This document shows positions 8,941 to 18,721 of a stretch of DNA of 64,000 nucleotides, one piece after another. The stretch comes from an uncultured Pseudomonadales bacterium (GTDB taxonomy: Bacteria > Patescibacteriota > Microgenomatia > UBA1400 > PJMF01). Location: positions 117,530 to 181,529 of the forward strand of contig CAZWKL010000001.1 of the NCBI GenBank assembly GCA_964633875.1, written 5' to 3'. Below the pieces are notes generated by a model. It was given only the letters and a program-made list of their open reading frames with translations. It had not been told where the DNA came from and searched no databases. The first letter of the stretch is position 1. Every line of letters starts with the position of its first letter. The position numbers were made by a program, and so were the translations under genes.

Positions 8941-10290
8941 TTAGTTTTTCCAACTTTTGATGATAAAGTAAACTGAATCGGCAAAATCAGGGCTAACAGC
9001 AATGTTGGTCCAGTGAGGATACCAAATCGCAAAATTAACTGCAATCAACACCACCGCCACTAAGCTGATTTTCTTGACCAGAGGGCGCTTTTTTTCTATC
9101 CACATTTGCCAAAGCCAGTAAGCCAAGATGATACAGAGCAAGGGCACTGCCGGAGTGTAATGATAAAAGAACATAATTCGTGGCGAAAACTGCCAAGGTA
9201 ACCAAACGGCTAAATAAACGGCCAGTAGATATAATAATGGCAACCCGCCCTTGGTTTTGCCTTTTTTGACCAAGAGATCACCCAGCGTCCAGAGTATCGT
9301 TGCCGCTCCCAACCAAAACAACAGCGGGTTGCCAACAGCATAAATATTGCCTTCCTTGTCCGATGCCTGCCTTTCTACTGCAATCCAGACAGGTTTTAGG
9401 TTTAAGAACCATTGCCAAGGCTTTGATTGAGCGGGGTGAGTAGCTTCTAAATTGATCTGATAACGCCAGGTTTGATTGTGCATTTCAATCAAGTGTGTTA
9501 AATCCTTGCCTTGCCAGAACATTTGTGCATAGCTCAATAAATAAATAAATGCCGGCACTACCACCAAAGAGGCAGCAATTTTGGCCAGATTGAGCATCGC
9601 AACTCCTACATTTTTTTGGAAATTTTTCTTGGTTAAATAAAATTTGCTCAAGATTACTGCTTCTATCAATCCGGTAATCAGCAAAGCAAACACCCCCGAC
9701 CATTTGGTGGCGGTAGCCAGACCTCCGGCCACTCCGGTCAAGAGCAACCATTTTGAAAACTGATATTGACGCCGGCCATACTTAATCAGCTTCAAGTGTT
9801 TGAAGTAAAACAAAAGCGTTAGCAGGATAAAAAAAGCCACATGAATATCATTCATGGCAATTCTAGACATAACTAAAAGTAAGCCATCAAAAGCAGCCAG
9901 CAACGCCGCCAGTAAACTTAAAGCTTTGTTTTCAAAAAGTTCTTTAGCCAAGAGTGCTGTCAGCCAAATTATCGCCGTACCAAAAAGAGCGGAACTAAAC
10001 CTCCAGGAAAAAGCGTTCTCACCTAGGGTATAGATAAAAAACGCCTGAGTGTACTTAGCCAGCGGTGGGTGCAACCAATCCACCGCAGTGTCAGGTTCTG
10101 GAGGCGGATTCCACCACTCAAAAGCGCGCGGATCGTTGCGCGCCATTAGTTTAGCGGTGGCAGCGTGATAAACCTCATCAAATATATACGTCACCGGTTT
10201 ATGAAGCAGAAAAACTCGGCTCACAAAAGCAAACAGCAGGATTAGCAGCAAAATAGTCGAGTAATATCGATCAACATTTATTTTGATCAT
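8941..10290 (-). CDS. Protein O-mannosyltransferase-like GT-C enzyme (PMT/GT39)
   Basis: FDEVYH, HPPLAK, WRFSSALFG, SRIAM, ATKWSG, HPAQSKPWQW, GNPLLFW, FFYHY. Confidence 0.9.
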   Translation of the reverse strand: MIKINVDRYYSTILLLILLFAFVSRVFLLHKPVTYIFDEVYHAATAKLMARNDPRAFEWWNPPPEPDTAVDWLHPPLAKYTQAFFIYTLGENAFSWRFSSALFGTAIIWLTALLAKELFENKALSLLAALLAAFDGLLLVMSRIAMNDIHVAFFILLTLLFYFKHLKLIKYGRRQYQFSKWLLLTGVAGGLATATKWSGVFALLITGLIEAVILSKFYLTKKNFQKNVGVAMLNLAKIAASLVVVPAFIYLLSYAQMFWQGKDLTHLIEMHNQTWRYQINLEATHPAQSKPWQWFLNLKPVWIAVERQASDKEGNIYAVGNPLLFWLGAATILWTLGDLLVKKGKTKGGLPLLYLLAVYLAVWLPWQFSPRIMFFYHYTPAVPLLCIILAYWLWQMWIEKKRPLVKKISLVAVVLIAVNFAIWYPHWTNIAVSPDFADSVYFIIKSWKN

Positions 10291-10291
10291 T

Positions 10292-11251
10292 TTAAGAAAG
10301 GACGTAAATAATAATCATCACTGCCAAACCAAAGAGAGAAGCAATGGCCAAAAGCGGCCGGTCAGTCAACAACACTTTTTCCGGTGACTCGCCGCGATTG
10401 TTCTCATAAACCAGCTGCAGATACCGCATAATCCCCAAAATCACGAAAGGCAAGGAAAACATCAGTAATTTTTGCGACTGCAAAGCTTTGGGCAAATAAG
10501 TGTAGAGATTTAAAAAGCGATGATCGGGGGTATCTATCTCATTTTGAAAAGCAAAAAGCGCAAAAGTTAGCCAGGTTGAATTAGCGAACATGCCCGTATA
10601 CTGATCCAGCAATCGTTGACTGTACCTTTTGAGCGCCTTACGAGTTGGCCCTACCTCTTCCGCCCGGTTTTTCATTAGGGTTCTTTCGCTTTGTCGTTTG
10701 CCCACCGCCAAGAAGAGTGAGGCGGAAATCACCGTCAACAAAAACCAAACATTCATATGCAGATTGACCACCACCGCACCGGCATAAATTCTGATCAAAA
10801 AACCGGTAGCAATTGAACCCACATCTAAAATTGGAATATGTTTTAGTTTGGTAGCATACAAGATTTGCAGTAATAAATAGCCAAGCAGCATCAATCTAAA
10901 GAAAACCGGAAACCAAAATGATGCCAGCAATACCACTGACAAACCAATCACCACCGCCAGCATGGCCACTTCCTTGGGTAATTTACCGGAAGCAATCGGC
11001 CTATTTTTTTTCACCGGGTGCTGTCGGTCTGCTTCGTAATCAATGATGTCGTTAATGAAATAAACAGTTGACGTTAGAACAGAAAATAATATGGCTGCCA
11101 AAGTAACAATAGTGAAATATGACAAGCCGTCAGGGGGGTCATAAAAGAAGAACCCGGAAAATACTAAAGTGGCATAGAGTGAAAGGTTCTTAATCCATTG
11201 CACCGGTCTGGCGGATTTAATTAGTAGCGCCAAGATGTTGCTGTCACTCAT
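10292..11251 (-). CDS. UbiA-family prenyltransferase, decaprenyl-phosphate phosphoribosyltransferase-like
   Basis: RPVQWIKN, NDIIDYEADRQHPVKKNRPIASG, KHIPILD, GFLIR, LAVGKR. Confidence 0.88.
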   Translation of the reverse strand: MSDSNILALLIKSARPVQWIKNLSLYATLVFSGFFFYDPPDGLSYFTIVTLAAILFSVLTSTVYFINDIIDYEADRQHPVKKNRPIASGKLPKEVAMLAVVIGLSVVLLASFWFPVFFRLMLLGYLLLQILYATKLKHIPILDVGSIATGFLIRIYAGAVVVNLHMNVWFLLTVISASLFLAVGKRQSERTLMKNRAEEVGPTRKALKRYSQRLLDQYTGMFANSTWLTFALFAFQNEIDTPDHRFLNLYTYLPKALQSQKLLMFSLPFVILGIMRYLQLVYENNRGESPEKVLLTDRPLLAIASLFGLAVMIIIYVLS

Positions 11252-11254
11252 TGT

Positions 11255-12319
11255 TTATGCTTTCTCCCGTGCCTGTAGGGTTTTCCATTTTGCCCAAATT
11301 AAGAAGCCAAAAACTCCTACAACAACCAGGGTGATAGTGACTATTTTACCAATTGTATTCAAGTAAAGCGAAAGGATTCCCAGAACTAAGCTGGCAAACC
11401 AGTAAAATACGGCAATTTTTCTCTTACTCCATTTTAAGACGTCAAGTAATTTATGGTGTAAATGTCCACGGTCTCCCCACAAAGGTGATTTTCCTGCTCT
11501 GATTCGGCGTAAAATGGTGAAAATAGCATCCGCGGTGGGTACTGCCAACACCATCAGGGTTGTAGCCACTTTAGCGCCGCTGATAATCGCCAAAATGCTG
11601 AGAAAATATCCGGCTAAGGAACCAGCGCCATAACCGGGCATAATTTTTTGCGGATACCAGTTCCAAAGCAAAAAACCGGCGTAAGCTCCAGCAATGATAA
11701 AACTAAAGTGCGCAGTGTCGAATTGAGTGGGGTCATCAATAAATCTCAACGATAAAATGCCGACAAATATCAGAGCAATAGCCACAAATCCGGGCATTTG
11801 TCCATCCAAACCCTTAGACCAATTAACAATATTCATGTTCCATAAAATAAAAATCAAAGCAAACAAATCAGCCAGCACCCAGATTGTTCTGGTTCGGCCG
11901 AAGATATCGATGGCTAGTTGAGGATGATTGAGATGAATTACTCCCGCGCTGAACGGGTCACTGATGTAAGCGATCCCGATACCGGAACCGACCACTATTA
12001 AAGCCGCTGCCAGGCCGGTTAGCAGCCTAATTAAAGGGTGAATATCAAAAATATCATCAAAAATTCCTACTACAGTTAGTAGTAACGCTCCCGCCATGAT
12101 GGCAATGAGGTAGCGATCAACTTGGAGGAAAAGCAAGGCGGCCATCAGGATGCTCAGGAAAATTACAATGCCGCCGCCTCTGGGAACGGGTTTGGAGTGG
12201 GTGTTTTTCAATCTAAGCTTGGAATTGTGTTCTCCCAGCCAATGATTTTTTCGATACCACTTGATTACCAATGGCGCAAGGCCGGCTGCAATTATAAAAG
12301 TGAAGATAAAACCAAGCAT
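11255..12319 (-). CDS. Polyprenyl-phosphate HexNAc-1-phosphate transferase (WecA/TagO/MraY family, GT4)
   Basis: HSKPVPRGGG, GIFDD, NWSKGLDG, NWYPQKIMPG, DRGHLHH. Confidence 0.92.
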   Translation of the reverse strand: MLGFIFTFIIAAGLAPLVIKWYRKNHWLGEHNSKLRLKNTHSKPVPRGGGIVIFLSILMAALLFLQVDRYLIAIMAGALLLTVVGIFDDIFDIHPLIRLLTGLAAALIVVGSGIGIAYISDPFSAGVIHLNHPQLAIDIFGRTRTIWVLADLFALIFILWNMNIVNWSKGLDGQMPGFVAIALIFVGILSLRFIDDPTQFDTAHFSFIIAGAYAGFLLWNWYPQKIMPGYGAGSLAGYFLSILAIISGAKVATTLMVLAVPTADAIFTILRRIRAGKSPLWGDRGHLHHKLLDVLKWSKRKIAVFYWFASLVLGILSLYLNTIGKIVTITLVVVGVFGFLIWAKWKTLQAREKA

Positions 12320-12321
12320 GG

Positions 12322-12696
12322 CTACCAAGTAATATATATGATTCTTAACAAAGCCAACAGTAAAAGAAACTGAATCACTACGGTGAAGAATCCAAACAAC
12401 CTCAGCAAAATAATTTCATAGTCTTTCATGGCTGAGAGTAATAAAAGGTGGATGAAATTAATTGCAAAAGCTATGCCCGGAAACAAAAACAACCAAGGTT
12501 TAGTTGCCAGCTGCTGGTTGGGTTGAGCCAGAGAATAAAACATCGGCACTGCGGGTTGAGCAGCAATAAAGTATGAAACAGCAGCTACAGTAATCAGCAG
12601 CGAAATGGCAACAGAATAAGACAGTGGTTTTTTGGCAGATTCAGGAATGACAAACTTTGGCAATCTGAAAAAGGTTCGCTTAACTATTTTCATCAT
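12322..12696 (-). CDS. Small 3-TM membrane protein
   Basis: Hydrophobic helices, VPMFYS loop; in-operon position. Confidence 0.75.
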   Translation of the reverse strand: MMKIVKRTFFRLPKFVIPESAKKPLSYSVAISLLITVAAVSYFIAAQPAVPMFYSLAQPNQQLATKPWLFLFPGIAFAINFIHLLLLSAMKDYEIILLRLFGFFTVVIQFLLLLALLRIIYITW

Positions 12697-14347
12697 TTGC
12701 TATTCTACGCCACAGGATATAGTTGTCAAAGGTCGCTGCTGGCCGGTAGTGAGCATGAAGATAAGTGTAAAAATCAGGGAAATTGTAGCCTTCACTTTTC
12801 ATCACCACGATATAGCGCGGAGCTTCCTCAACCACTGCCTCCATGGTTTGGTCATAAACTTCCAGGTCTTTGATGTGAAAGGCTACCGTAAATTTTCCCA
12901 CCGGACTGGCTCCGGATTGGGCATAAAGCATCGGGTTGGTGCCCCAAACAAAAATTTTGTTTTCGCCTGAGGCTCTGATGATTTTTGCGGCGGTATAGTT
13001 ATCGTCCATCAGATAATTAAAACGGCGATTATACTCCTGAACACTTATTTGGCCGGTTCTGAGTTCCCACCAGTTTTGGTAATAGGCTTTGACGGGGTAA
13101 ACTCCAACCTGCAGTAGGAGCATCACCGTCCCAAACAAACCAACCCCACCAAGCGTAGCTAACCAGTTACCAGCCATGGAAAAATTAAATTGCTTTTTCT
13201 TTCTAATAACATCAAATAAATCATTGAAAAATATACCCATCAAAAGACTAAGCGGGGGCAATGCTTGCAGGAAATAATGTGGATATGGGCGGTTAGAAAG
13301 CAAACTGGCAAAAAGCGCCAAAATAAACCAGGCCAGTAAAAACTGGATGCCGGGTTTGAACAACTTTTTAAAAAAGGCGGCCAGCAAAATTAGCGCTGTC
13401 GCAATAGCAAATTTTCCCTGAAGGGTAAAAGCAAAAATAAGCAACCGGTTATCAAAAGGCAGTCCCCAGTTGCCGGCGTAATGGAAATTGTAAAGCAGGC
13501 CATACTGTAAGTAATCCGCCCCCGAGCCCTTGGCCACGAAGTACAGGGCCGAAACCACAATAGGAATCAGTATGCCGGCAATCAATAATCCCCACTGCCT
13601 GATCACCCTAAGCAAGAGCGGTCGCCACTTTTTCATTTGCTTGGGTGCGAAGGTAAAAGTGTTAGCCAAAATAAAGAAGCCGATAGTACCAAAAGCCGCA
13701 AAATCAAACAAGGCCGGCACTTTGGTTAAAACACCCAACCCAAAAGCCATGCCGGCGCCAAGCAGTAGCCAGACTTCTTTTTTATCAAGCTTGAGCGCCG
13801 TTTTTGGTTTGACCAACTTAGCAAAGTAACTCGAGTATGATACTAGCACCGCGCCCAGCATCACTAAGCCAATTACGAAAAGTTCACCATTGGGAATGTT
13901 GCCCTCAAACCAGGGCAAGGTAGTGAAAAGAGCAAAAATAATTGTGGCTATTCCTGCGGCCAGTCGCCTTTGAGAAAGTCTGAGAGCAAAAAGGTAAAAC
14001 AAAACTGTGGTGGCGCTCATCCAGAAAAAATTAAGAATCCTAAAATTAAGCTGAGTGCCCACTTGAGCCAACCAATAAATAATGGGTGTTTTGTGGTCTA
14101 CGATGTCAGTATAAAGTTGGGCGCCTTTATTCAAAGCCTGGCCAATGGTGAGGTAAATGCCTTCATCGCCGTACCAGTAAGGTTCGTAAAAATTGGGCAC
14201 TCTTAATATCACCACCAGGCCCAGTGCCACCAACAGCAAGGCGTGTTGATCCAAAAATTTATCTAACTTTTTGATGGACTTGAGGGCATTTGCTAACACA
14301 AAAACAGTATACTGAGGTTTTTTAAGAATGGAAAGTATGGAACTCAT
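12680..14347 (-). CDS. GT-C fold membrane glycosyltransferase (ArnT/GT39-like)
   Basis: GDEGIY, LYTDIVDHKTP, NGELF, LTK, YPHYF; ~11 TMs. Confidence 0.85.
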   Translation of the reverse strand: MSSILSILKKPQYTVFVLANALKSIKKLDKFLDQHALLLVALGLVVILRVPNFYEPYWYGDEGIYLTIGQALNKGAQLYTDIVDHKTPIIYWLAQVGTQLNFRILNFFWMSATTVLFYLFALRLSQRRLAAGIATIIFALFTTLPWFEGNIPNGELFVIGLVMLGAVLVSYSSYFAKLVKPKTALKLDKKEVWLLLGAGMAFGLGVLTKVPALFDFAAFGTIGFFILANTFTFAPKQMKKWRPLLLRVIRQWGLLIAGILIPIVVSALYFVAKGSGADYLQYGLLYNFHYAGNWGLPFDNRLLIFAFTLQGKFAIATALILLAAFFKKLFKPGIQFLLAWFILALFASLLSNRPYPHYFLQALPPLSLLMGIFFNDLFDVIRKKKQFNFSMAGNWLATLGGVGLFGTVMLLLQVGVYPVKAYYQNWWELRTGQISVQEYNRRFNYLMDDNYTAAKIIRASGENKIFVWGTNPMLYAQSGASPVGKFTVAFHIKDLEVYDQTMEAVVEEAPRYIVVMKSEGYNFPDFYTYLHAHYRPAATFDNYILWRRIANDENS

Positions 14348-14372
14348 TGCCAAACCCCACTCATCCTACTGT

Positions 14373-15878
14373 TTAAACTTTTTCAGTCACTTTGTACTCA
14401 ATATACTTGCCTAGCATCAACCGCGTGTGAGCGTCAATTCCCGGCAAGGCAGAAAAGAAAAAGCCGACAATAGGCAAGAGGAAAAATTCAAGCGGCTGTA
14501 AAATATAAGAAAGCGGATTTTTGCGGTTGGGGCGCGGCGGTCTATTTAAAGCATCAATCACAAAAATCACCACCATCGAAATCAGGGCCATAGTTAGCAA
14601 AGTAGAAGTAACTTGCGGCAGTGTTTTCCCTAGGACAGTGCGATTAAACTCTTCATTTAAAAGTGGCGGCAAGAAAGCGGAGATAGTAATGGCAAACCAG
14701 TTCACCGGCCAGAGGAAATGATCCTCAATCGTTTGTGAAACCCTAATAGTTTTATCCAGAAAAGGAATGTCTTTGGCCTCAATATATTTGCGGATAATAT
14801 AAGCATCATCACTAACACCCCAAGCCCAGCGCTTGAGTTGCTCATATTGATTGACAAAAGTCCCCCACCAACTCGAAGACTCGGCAGCATCGGCATAAAT
14901 AGGCAGAAAAATCGGCAACACTTCAAAATCTCCTTTTTTGGCAAAATAAGACTTAAAGAAAAGCCGGTAATCTTCAGGAATGACATCGGTGTCCCAGTAG
15001 CCAATTTCGTGGACATGTTTGAGCGAAGTCGAGTAAGTAGAAAAATTGATCAATCTATCCGAGCGCATTAAAATATGCATTTGAATGACTGAGAACATCG
15101 AAGCCAGAACTCTCACTGGTGCCGGCACTCGCCAAATGTTGTTGTAAAAAACAATCGCTCCTTGCCAAATGGCATTAAAAGGTTTTTTGGTGGCAAGAAA
15201 ACTATGAGTGAAGGCGGCAAAATAATGTTTGTGAAACTGGGCATCGGCATCTTCGCTAGTAATAGTGATGTTTTCTATTGGCATACCAATTTCATCAACC
15301 AGTTTTCTCTTGGCAATTTTCGCCCCCCAACAAGTATTGGAAGATTTGCCCTTCACTTCTCCTTCAATATCCGGATGCTTGGTAGTCCACAAGTTGCCGA
15401 ATTTACCTTTGAATTGTTGTTCTATCTTGGCTGCTTTATCAGTCGCGTCCTGACCTTCTCGCTCTTCAAACGAAACCATAATATGAATATTTTTTCGCGG
15501 ATAACTTTGCTTAGAAAGTGCCAAAATCGTTCGCTCTAAAATTTCCACTGGTTCTTTATAGGTGGGAATGACCACAATATGATGAATAGAGTTCCATTTT
15601 TTGGGAAAGGTTTTTTTCAGATTTTCTACCCAGTCAAACCTGGAAGCGGCCTTAATCCTGAAATGAGCTACTACGGCCAGCACCGCCATAGTTAGTGAGC
15701 GAAAAAGCCAATAAACCGCGAAAGCAATGACGTAATAAGCTACCAGGGTGGGAACAAAAAATGAACCCCAGAAAGGAAAGAGGATCAGCGACCAAGAAAA
15801 CAAGCCCGGCAAAATTTCCAGCCCGCGCTGGGTTTTGACCGGATGGCGTTTAACGTATGTTCTAAGCCAATTTCCCAT
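14373..15878 (-). CDS. Processive-type GT2 membrane glycosyltransferase
   Basis: IPTYKE, KGKSSN, EDAD, IPED, QLKRWAWG (QxxRW); flanking TMs; ATG after AAGGAAG. Confidence 0.9.
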   Translation of the reverse strand: MGNWLRTYVKRHPVKTQRGLEILPGLFSWSLILFPFWGSFFVPTLVAYYVIAFAVYWLFRSLTMAVLAVVAHFRIKAASRFDWVENLKKTFPKKWNSIHHIVVIPTYKEPVEILERTILALSKQSYPRKNIHIMVSFEEREGQDATDKAAKIEQQFKGKFGNLWTTKHPDIEGEVKGKSSNTCWGAKIAKRKLVDEIGMPIENITITSEDADAQFHKHYFAAFTHSFLATKKPFNAIWQGAIVFYNNIWRVPAPVRVLASMFSVIQMHILMRSDRLINFSTYSTSLKHVHEIGYWDTDVIPEDYRLFFKSYFAKKGDFEVLPIFLPIYADAAESSSWWGTFVNQYEQLKRWAWGVSDDAYIIRKYIEAKDIPFLDKTIRVSQTIEDHFLWPVNWFAITISAFLPPLLNEEFNRTVLGKTLPQVTSTLLTMALISMVVIFVIDALNRPPRPNRKNPLSYILQPLEFFLLPIVGFFFSALPGIDAHTRLMLGKYIEYKVTEKV

Positions 15879-15892
15879 ATCTTCCTTACTCA

Positions 15893-16708
15893 CTATAGCA
15901 AATTAAAAGTCCTAAGAGCATTGTCGTACAGCTGCTCTAAGCTGGTTTGCTTGATTTCCGCGATTGCGGCCGCGGTTTTTGTCACCATCCAAGGCTCGCA
16001 AATTTTACCCCGAAACTCTTGAGGAGGCAAATAGGGAGCGTCGGTTTCGGTTAAAACCCTGTCTTTTGGCGTTATTGCCAGCAATTTTCTGATGTTTTCT
16101 GCCTTTGGATAAGTGATATTGCCGGCAAAACTAATCAAGGCGCCTTGACGAACTGCTTCCTGAATATAGCTTTCCGGACCAGAAGCGCAGTGCAGAATCC
16201 AGGTGAGTTGTGAAGCATAGTCTTTCATCATTGCCAAAGTGTCCCAGTAGGCGTTGTCGCTCTCTGGTGTTATTGGGGTGTTTTTATCCCTTACATGGAT
16301 GCTGATCGGCAATTGATACTTTAAAGCCAGCTTGAGATGAGCCTGAAAAAGTTCTTTTTGTTTGGCAATAATTATTTTTTTTTCTTCGTTCTCTTTGAGC
16401 CAAAAGTAATCCAGACCAGTTTCACCAATGCCGGCTAATTTTACTGAGTGCTTGGCTGCTAAATCATTTAACTTGCTGATAGTTTCCTCAAGATTGAGCT
16501 GGGCTGCTTCACTGGGATGAATGCCAAGGCCACCTAAAATATTTGGCTGCTGTCCAGCCAGCTCAAGGCTCAATTCAGAGCTGGGCAAACTAGTGCCGGG
16601 GACAAAAGTATGAGTGACGCCGTTTTGATTGGCTTCCTGCCAATGTTGCTGCCATTTTTCTGCCAGCGGCGCCAGATTTAAGTGACCATGGGTGTCAAAA
16701 AAATTCAT
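15893..16708 (-). CDS. tatD: TatD-family deoxyribonuclease
   Basis: FDTHGHL, GIHP, IGETGLDY, IHVRD, LHC, ETDAPYL. Confidence 0.95.
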   Translation of the reverse strand: MNFFDTHGHLNLAPLAEKWQQHWQEANQNGVTHTFVPGTSLPSSELSLELAGQQPNILGGLGIHPSEAAQLNLEETISKLNDLAAKHSVKLAGIGETGLDYFWLKENEEKKIIIAKQKELFQAHLKLALKYQLPISIHVRDKNTPITPESDNAYWDTLAMMKDYASQLTWILHCASGPESYIQEAVRQGALISFAGNITYPKAENIRKLLAITPKDRVLTETDAPYLPPQEFRGKICEPWMVTKTAAAIAEIKQTSLEQLYDNALRTFNLL

Positions 16709-16723
16709 GTCAATCTCTAATTT

Positions 16724-18181
16724 CTAATCCAGCCTGGGAAATAAAGGCTTCAGGGGCTCGATTTCTTCAGCCTGAAAATGAGTAATAATTTGTTCGGCGG
16801 TGTCGGGCATCAAGGGCTGCAGTTTTCCGGCGATCAGCAATAGGTCTGAGATGGCTTGTTCCAGGATGGGTTGGGCAGCGGTTGCTTCAAGTTTCCAGGG
16901 TTGGGCTTCTGCCAAGTATTTGTCTAACTCGGCCACGCTTTTGGTTTTGCCGCCCGTTTGAGTGATCAGCGTTTGCAGCGCCTCGCCCAAGTTGTAGCTG
17001 GCCATCAACTTTTGATATTCATCAGGGCTAGCTAGGGGATTTTCAGTGCTTGGTGCTGTTGGCCGGTGGGCATAATTGGTTTTTTGGCTGATAGCTGCCA
17101 ATCGGGAACAAAGGTTGCCTAAACCATTGGCTAAGTCCGCTGTATAAACTGTGTCCAGCTTTTCCCAAGTAACGTCCATATCTTCGCCAAAGGGTCCAAG
17201 ATTGATGAGTAAGTACCTGGCGCCATCAACCCCGTAGCGCTCCACCATCTCGGTGGGAGTGATAACGTTGCCGAGCGACTTGCTCATTTTTTGGCCACCG
17301 ACATTAATAAAGCCGTTGATTAAAATTTTGGCTGAAGTGGGCAATCCGGCCGACATCAGCATGGCTTGCCACATGGCCGATTGCTGCCTGAGGTTGTCTT
17401 TGCCGGCAACTTGAACTCCCGGCCAATATTTTTGGTAATTGGCTTGATCTTCCGGCCAGCCCAAAGTAGAAACATAATTCACCAAAGCGTCAAACCAAAC
17501 ATACATCACGTGTTGGTCGTCGCCAGGCACAGGAATGCCCCAGGGCATTTTTTCTTTAAGGCGGGAAATGCTGAAGTCTTCCAGGCCTTGCTCAACAAAA
17601 CTAGTAATTTCCGCCAACTTTCCCCTTGGTACCATGAAAGCCTCGGTGTTTTCATAAAGATTTTGTAACTCATCCTGATATTTAGAAAAGCGGAAAAAGT
17701 AGTTTTCTTCCTCACGGGTTTCCAGCACTTTATTTGGATGTAGCGGGCATTTACCATTTTCCAGCTCAGAAGCCTGTTTTTCCAGCTCGCAACCAACACA
17801 GTACATGACCTTATACATGCGCTTATAAATATCTCCATTGGCTTCGCACCGGCGCCAAAACTCTTGGGCTGCTTTTTTGTGCTTGGGATCGGTGGTGCGG
17901 ATAAAATGCGTGTAACTCAAGTTCAGCAATTTTTTTAAATTTTCAAAGTGAGCAGCGTACTCGTCTGCATAAGCTTGAGGTTCTTTGTTTTCCTCCAAAG
18001 CTTTTTCGTAAATTTTCTGCCCATGCTCATCGGTGCCGGTATTGAAAACTACTTCCCGGCCCAGAGCACGCTGATGCCTGGCAATGACATCGGCAGCCAC
18101 AATTTCCAGCGCAAAGCCGATATGAGGCGAAGCATTCACATACGGCAAAGTAGTGGTGATATAAAAATAAGGCTCAATCAT
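16724..18181 (-). CDS. metG: Methionine--tRNA ligase (short form, no C-terminal Trbp domain)
   Basis: YVNASPHIG, TGTDEHGQKI, CVGCE..CPLH knuckle, YVWFDAL, KMSKS. Confidence 0.97.
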   Translation of the reverse strand: MIEPYFYITTTLPYVNASPHIGFALEIVAADVIARHQRALGREVVFNTGTDEHGQKIYEKALEENKEPQAYADEYAAHFENLKKLLNLSYTHFIRTTDPKHKKAAQEFWRRCEANGDIYKRMYKVMYCVGCELEKQASELENGKCPLHPNKVLETREEENYFFRFSKYQDELQNLYENTEAFMVPRGKLAEITSFVEQGLEDFSISRLKEKMPWGIPVPGDDQHVMYVWFDALVNYVSTLGWPEDQANYQKYWPGVQVAGKDNLRQQSAMWQAMLMSAGLPTSAKILINGFINVGGQKMSKSLGNVITPTEMVERYGVDGARYLLINLGPFGEDMDVTWEKLDTVYTADLANGLGNLCSRLAAISQKTNYAHRPTAPSTENPLASPDEYQKLMASYNLGEALQTLITQTGGKTKSVAELDKYLAEAQPWKLEATAAQPILEQAISDLLLIAGKLQPLMPDTAEQIITHFQAEEIEPLKPLFPRLD

Positions 18182-18205
18182 TCCAGGTTGGATTATACAG
18201 GATCT

Positions 18206-18697
18206 TTACTGATGTCTAAACCTGTTATTGACGCGGTTGGCCAAAAACTCAAAAATCGCTGCCGACCCAACCAGCGGCGCGGCCCAGCTCCACTCAAAAA
18301 TCACTCTTTGCAGTCTAAAAAAAACTAAAATAGCGATGACCAGGCTCAGAATTAAACCGCGGCGGGTATTAAGCATCAGATAGCTAAAAAAAAGTAAGTT
18401 GGCAAAAAAGAGCAACAGGGTGAAAGGTAGATAAGAATTGGGAAAAAGGACGTTAGCAATTTCGTTGGGATAGATATTGGCTAATAGCCAAAAGATTGAT
18501 AAGTAAAGCAGCATGCTAACTAAAAGCAGTGGCAAAAACTTGAGGTATTTTTCACTTTTTTTTGAGCCAGCTATTTTTCTAATAGCAGGTTTTCCAACAG
18601 CAGGATTTTTACTTACCGGTGGCCGAACTCGTTTTTTCCTAACTGCCGCCTTGCCAATTTTAGGAGATAATCTGGATTTGGCTTTTTGCATCTTCAC
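18206..18697 (-). CDS. Hypothetical membrane protein with basic N-terminus
   Basis: Lys/Arg-rich N-terminus followed by ~4 TMs. Confidence 0.75.
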   Translation of the reverse strand: MKMQKAKSRLSPKIGKAAVRKKRVRPPVSKNPAVGKPAIRKIAGSKKSEKYLKFLPLLLVSMLLYLSIFWLLANIYPNEIANVLFPNSYLPFTLLLFFANLLFFSYLMLNTRRGLILSLVIAILVFFRLQRVIFEWSWAAPLVGSAAIFEFLANRVNNRFRHQ

Positions 18698-18704
18698 TTA
18701 ATTT

Positions 18705-18712
18705 AGTATACT
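18705..18712. promoter_or_regulatory. Bidirectional -10 element shared by two divergent genes
   Basis: Palindrome AGTATACT reads TATACT on both strands, 7 nt from GTG 18697 and 9 nt from ATG 18722. Confidence 0.55.
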
Positions 18713-18721
18713 GTATCCACG

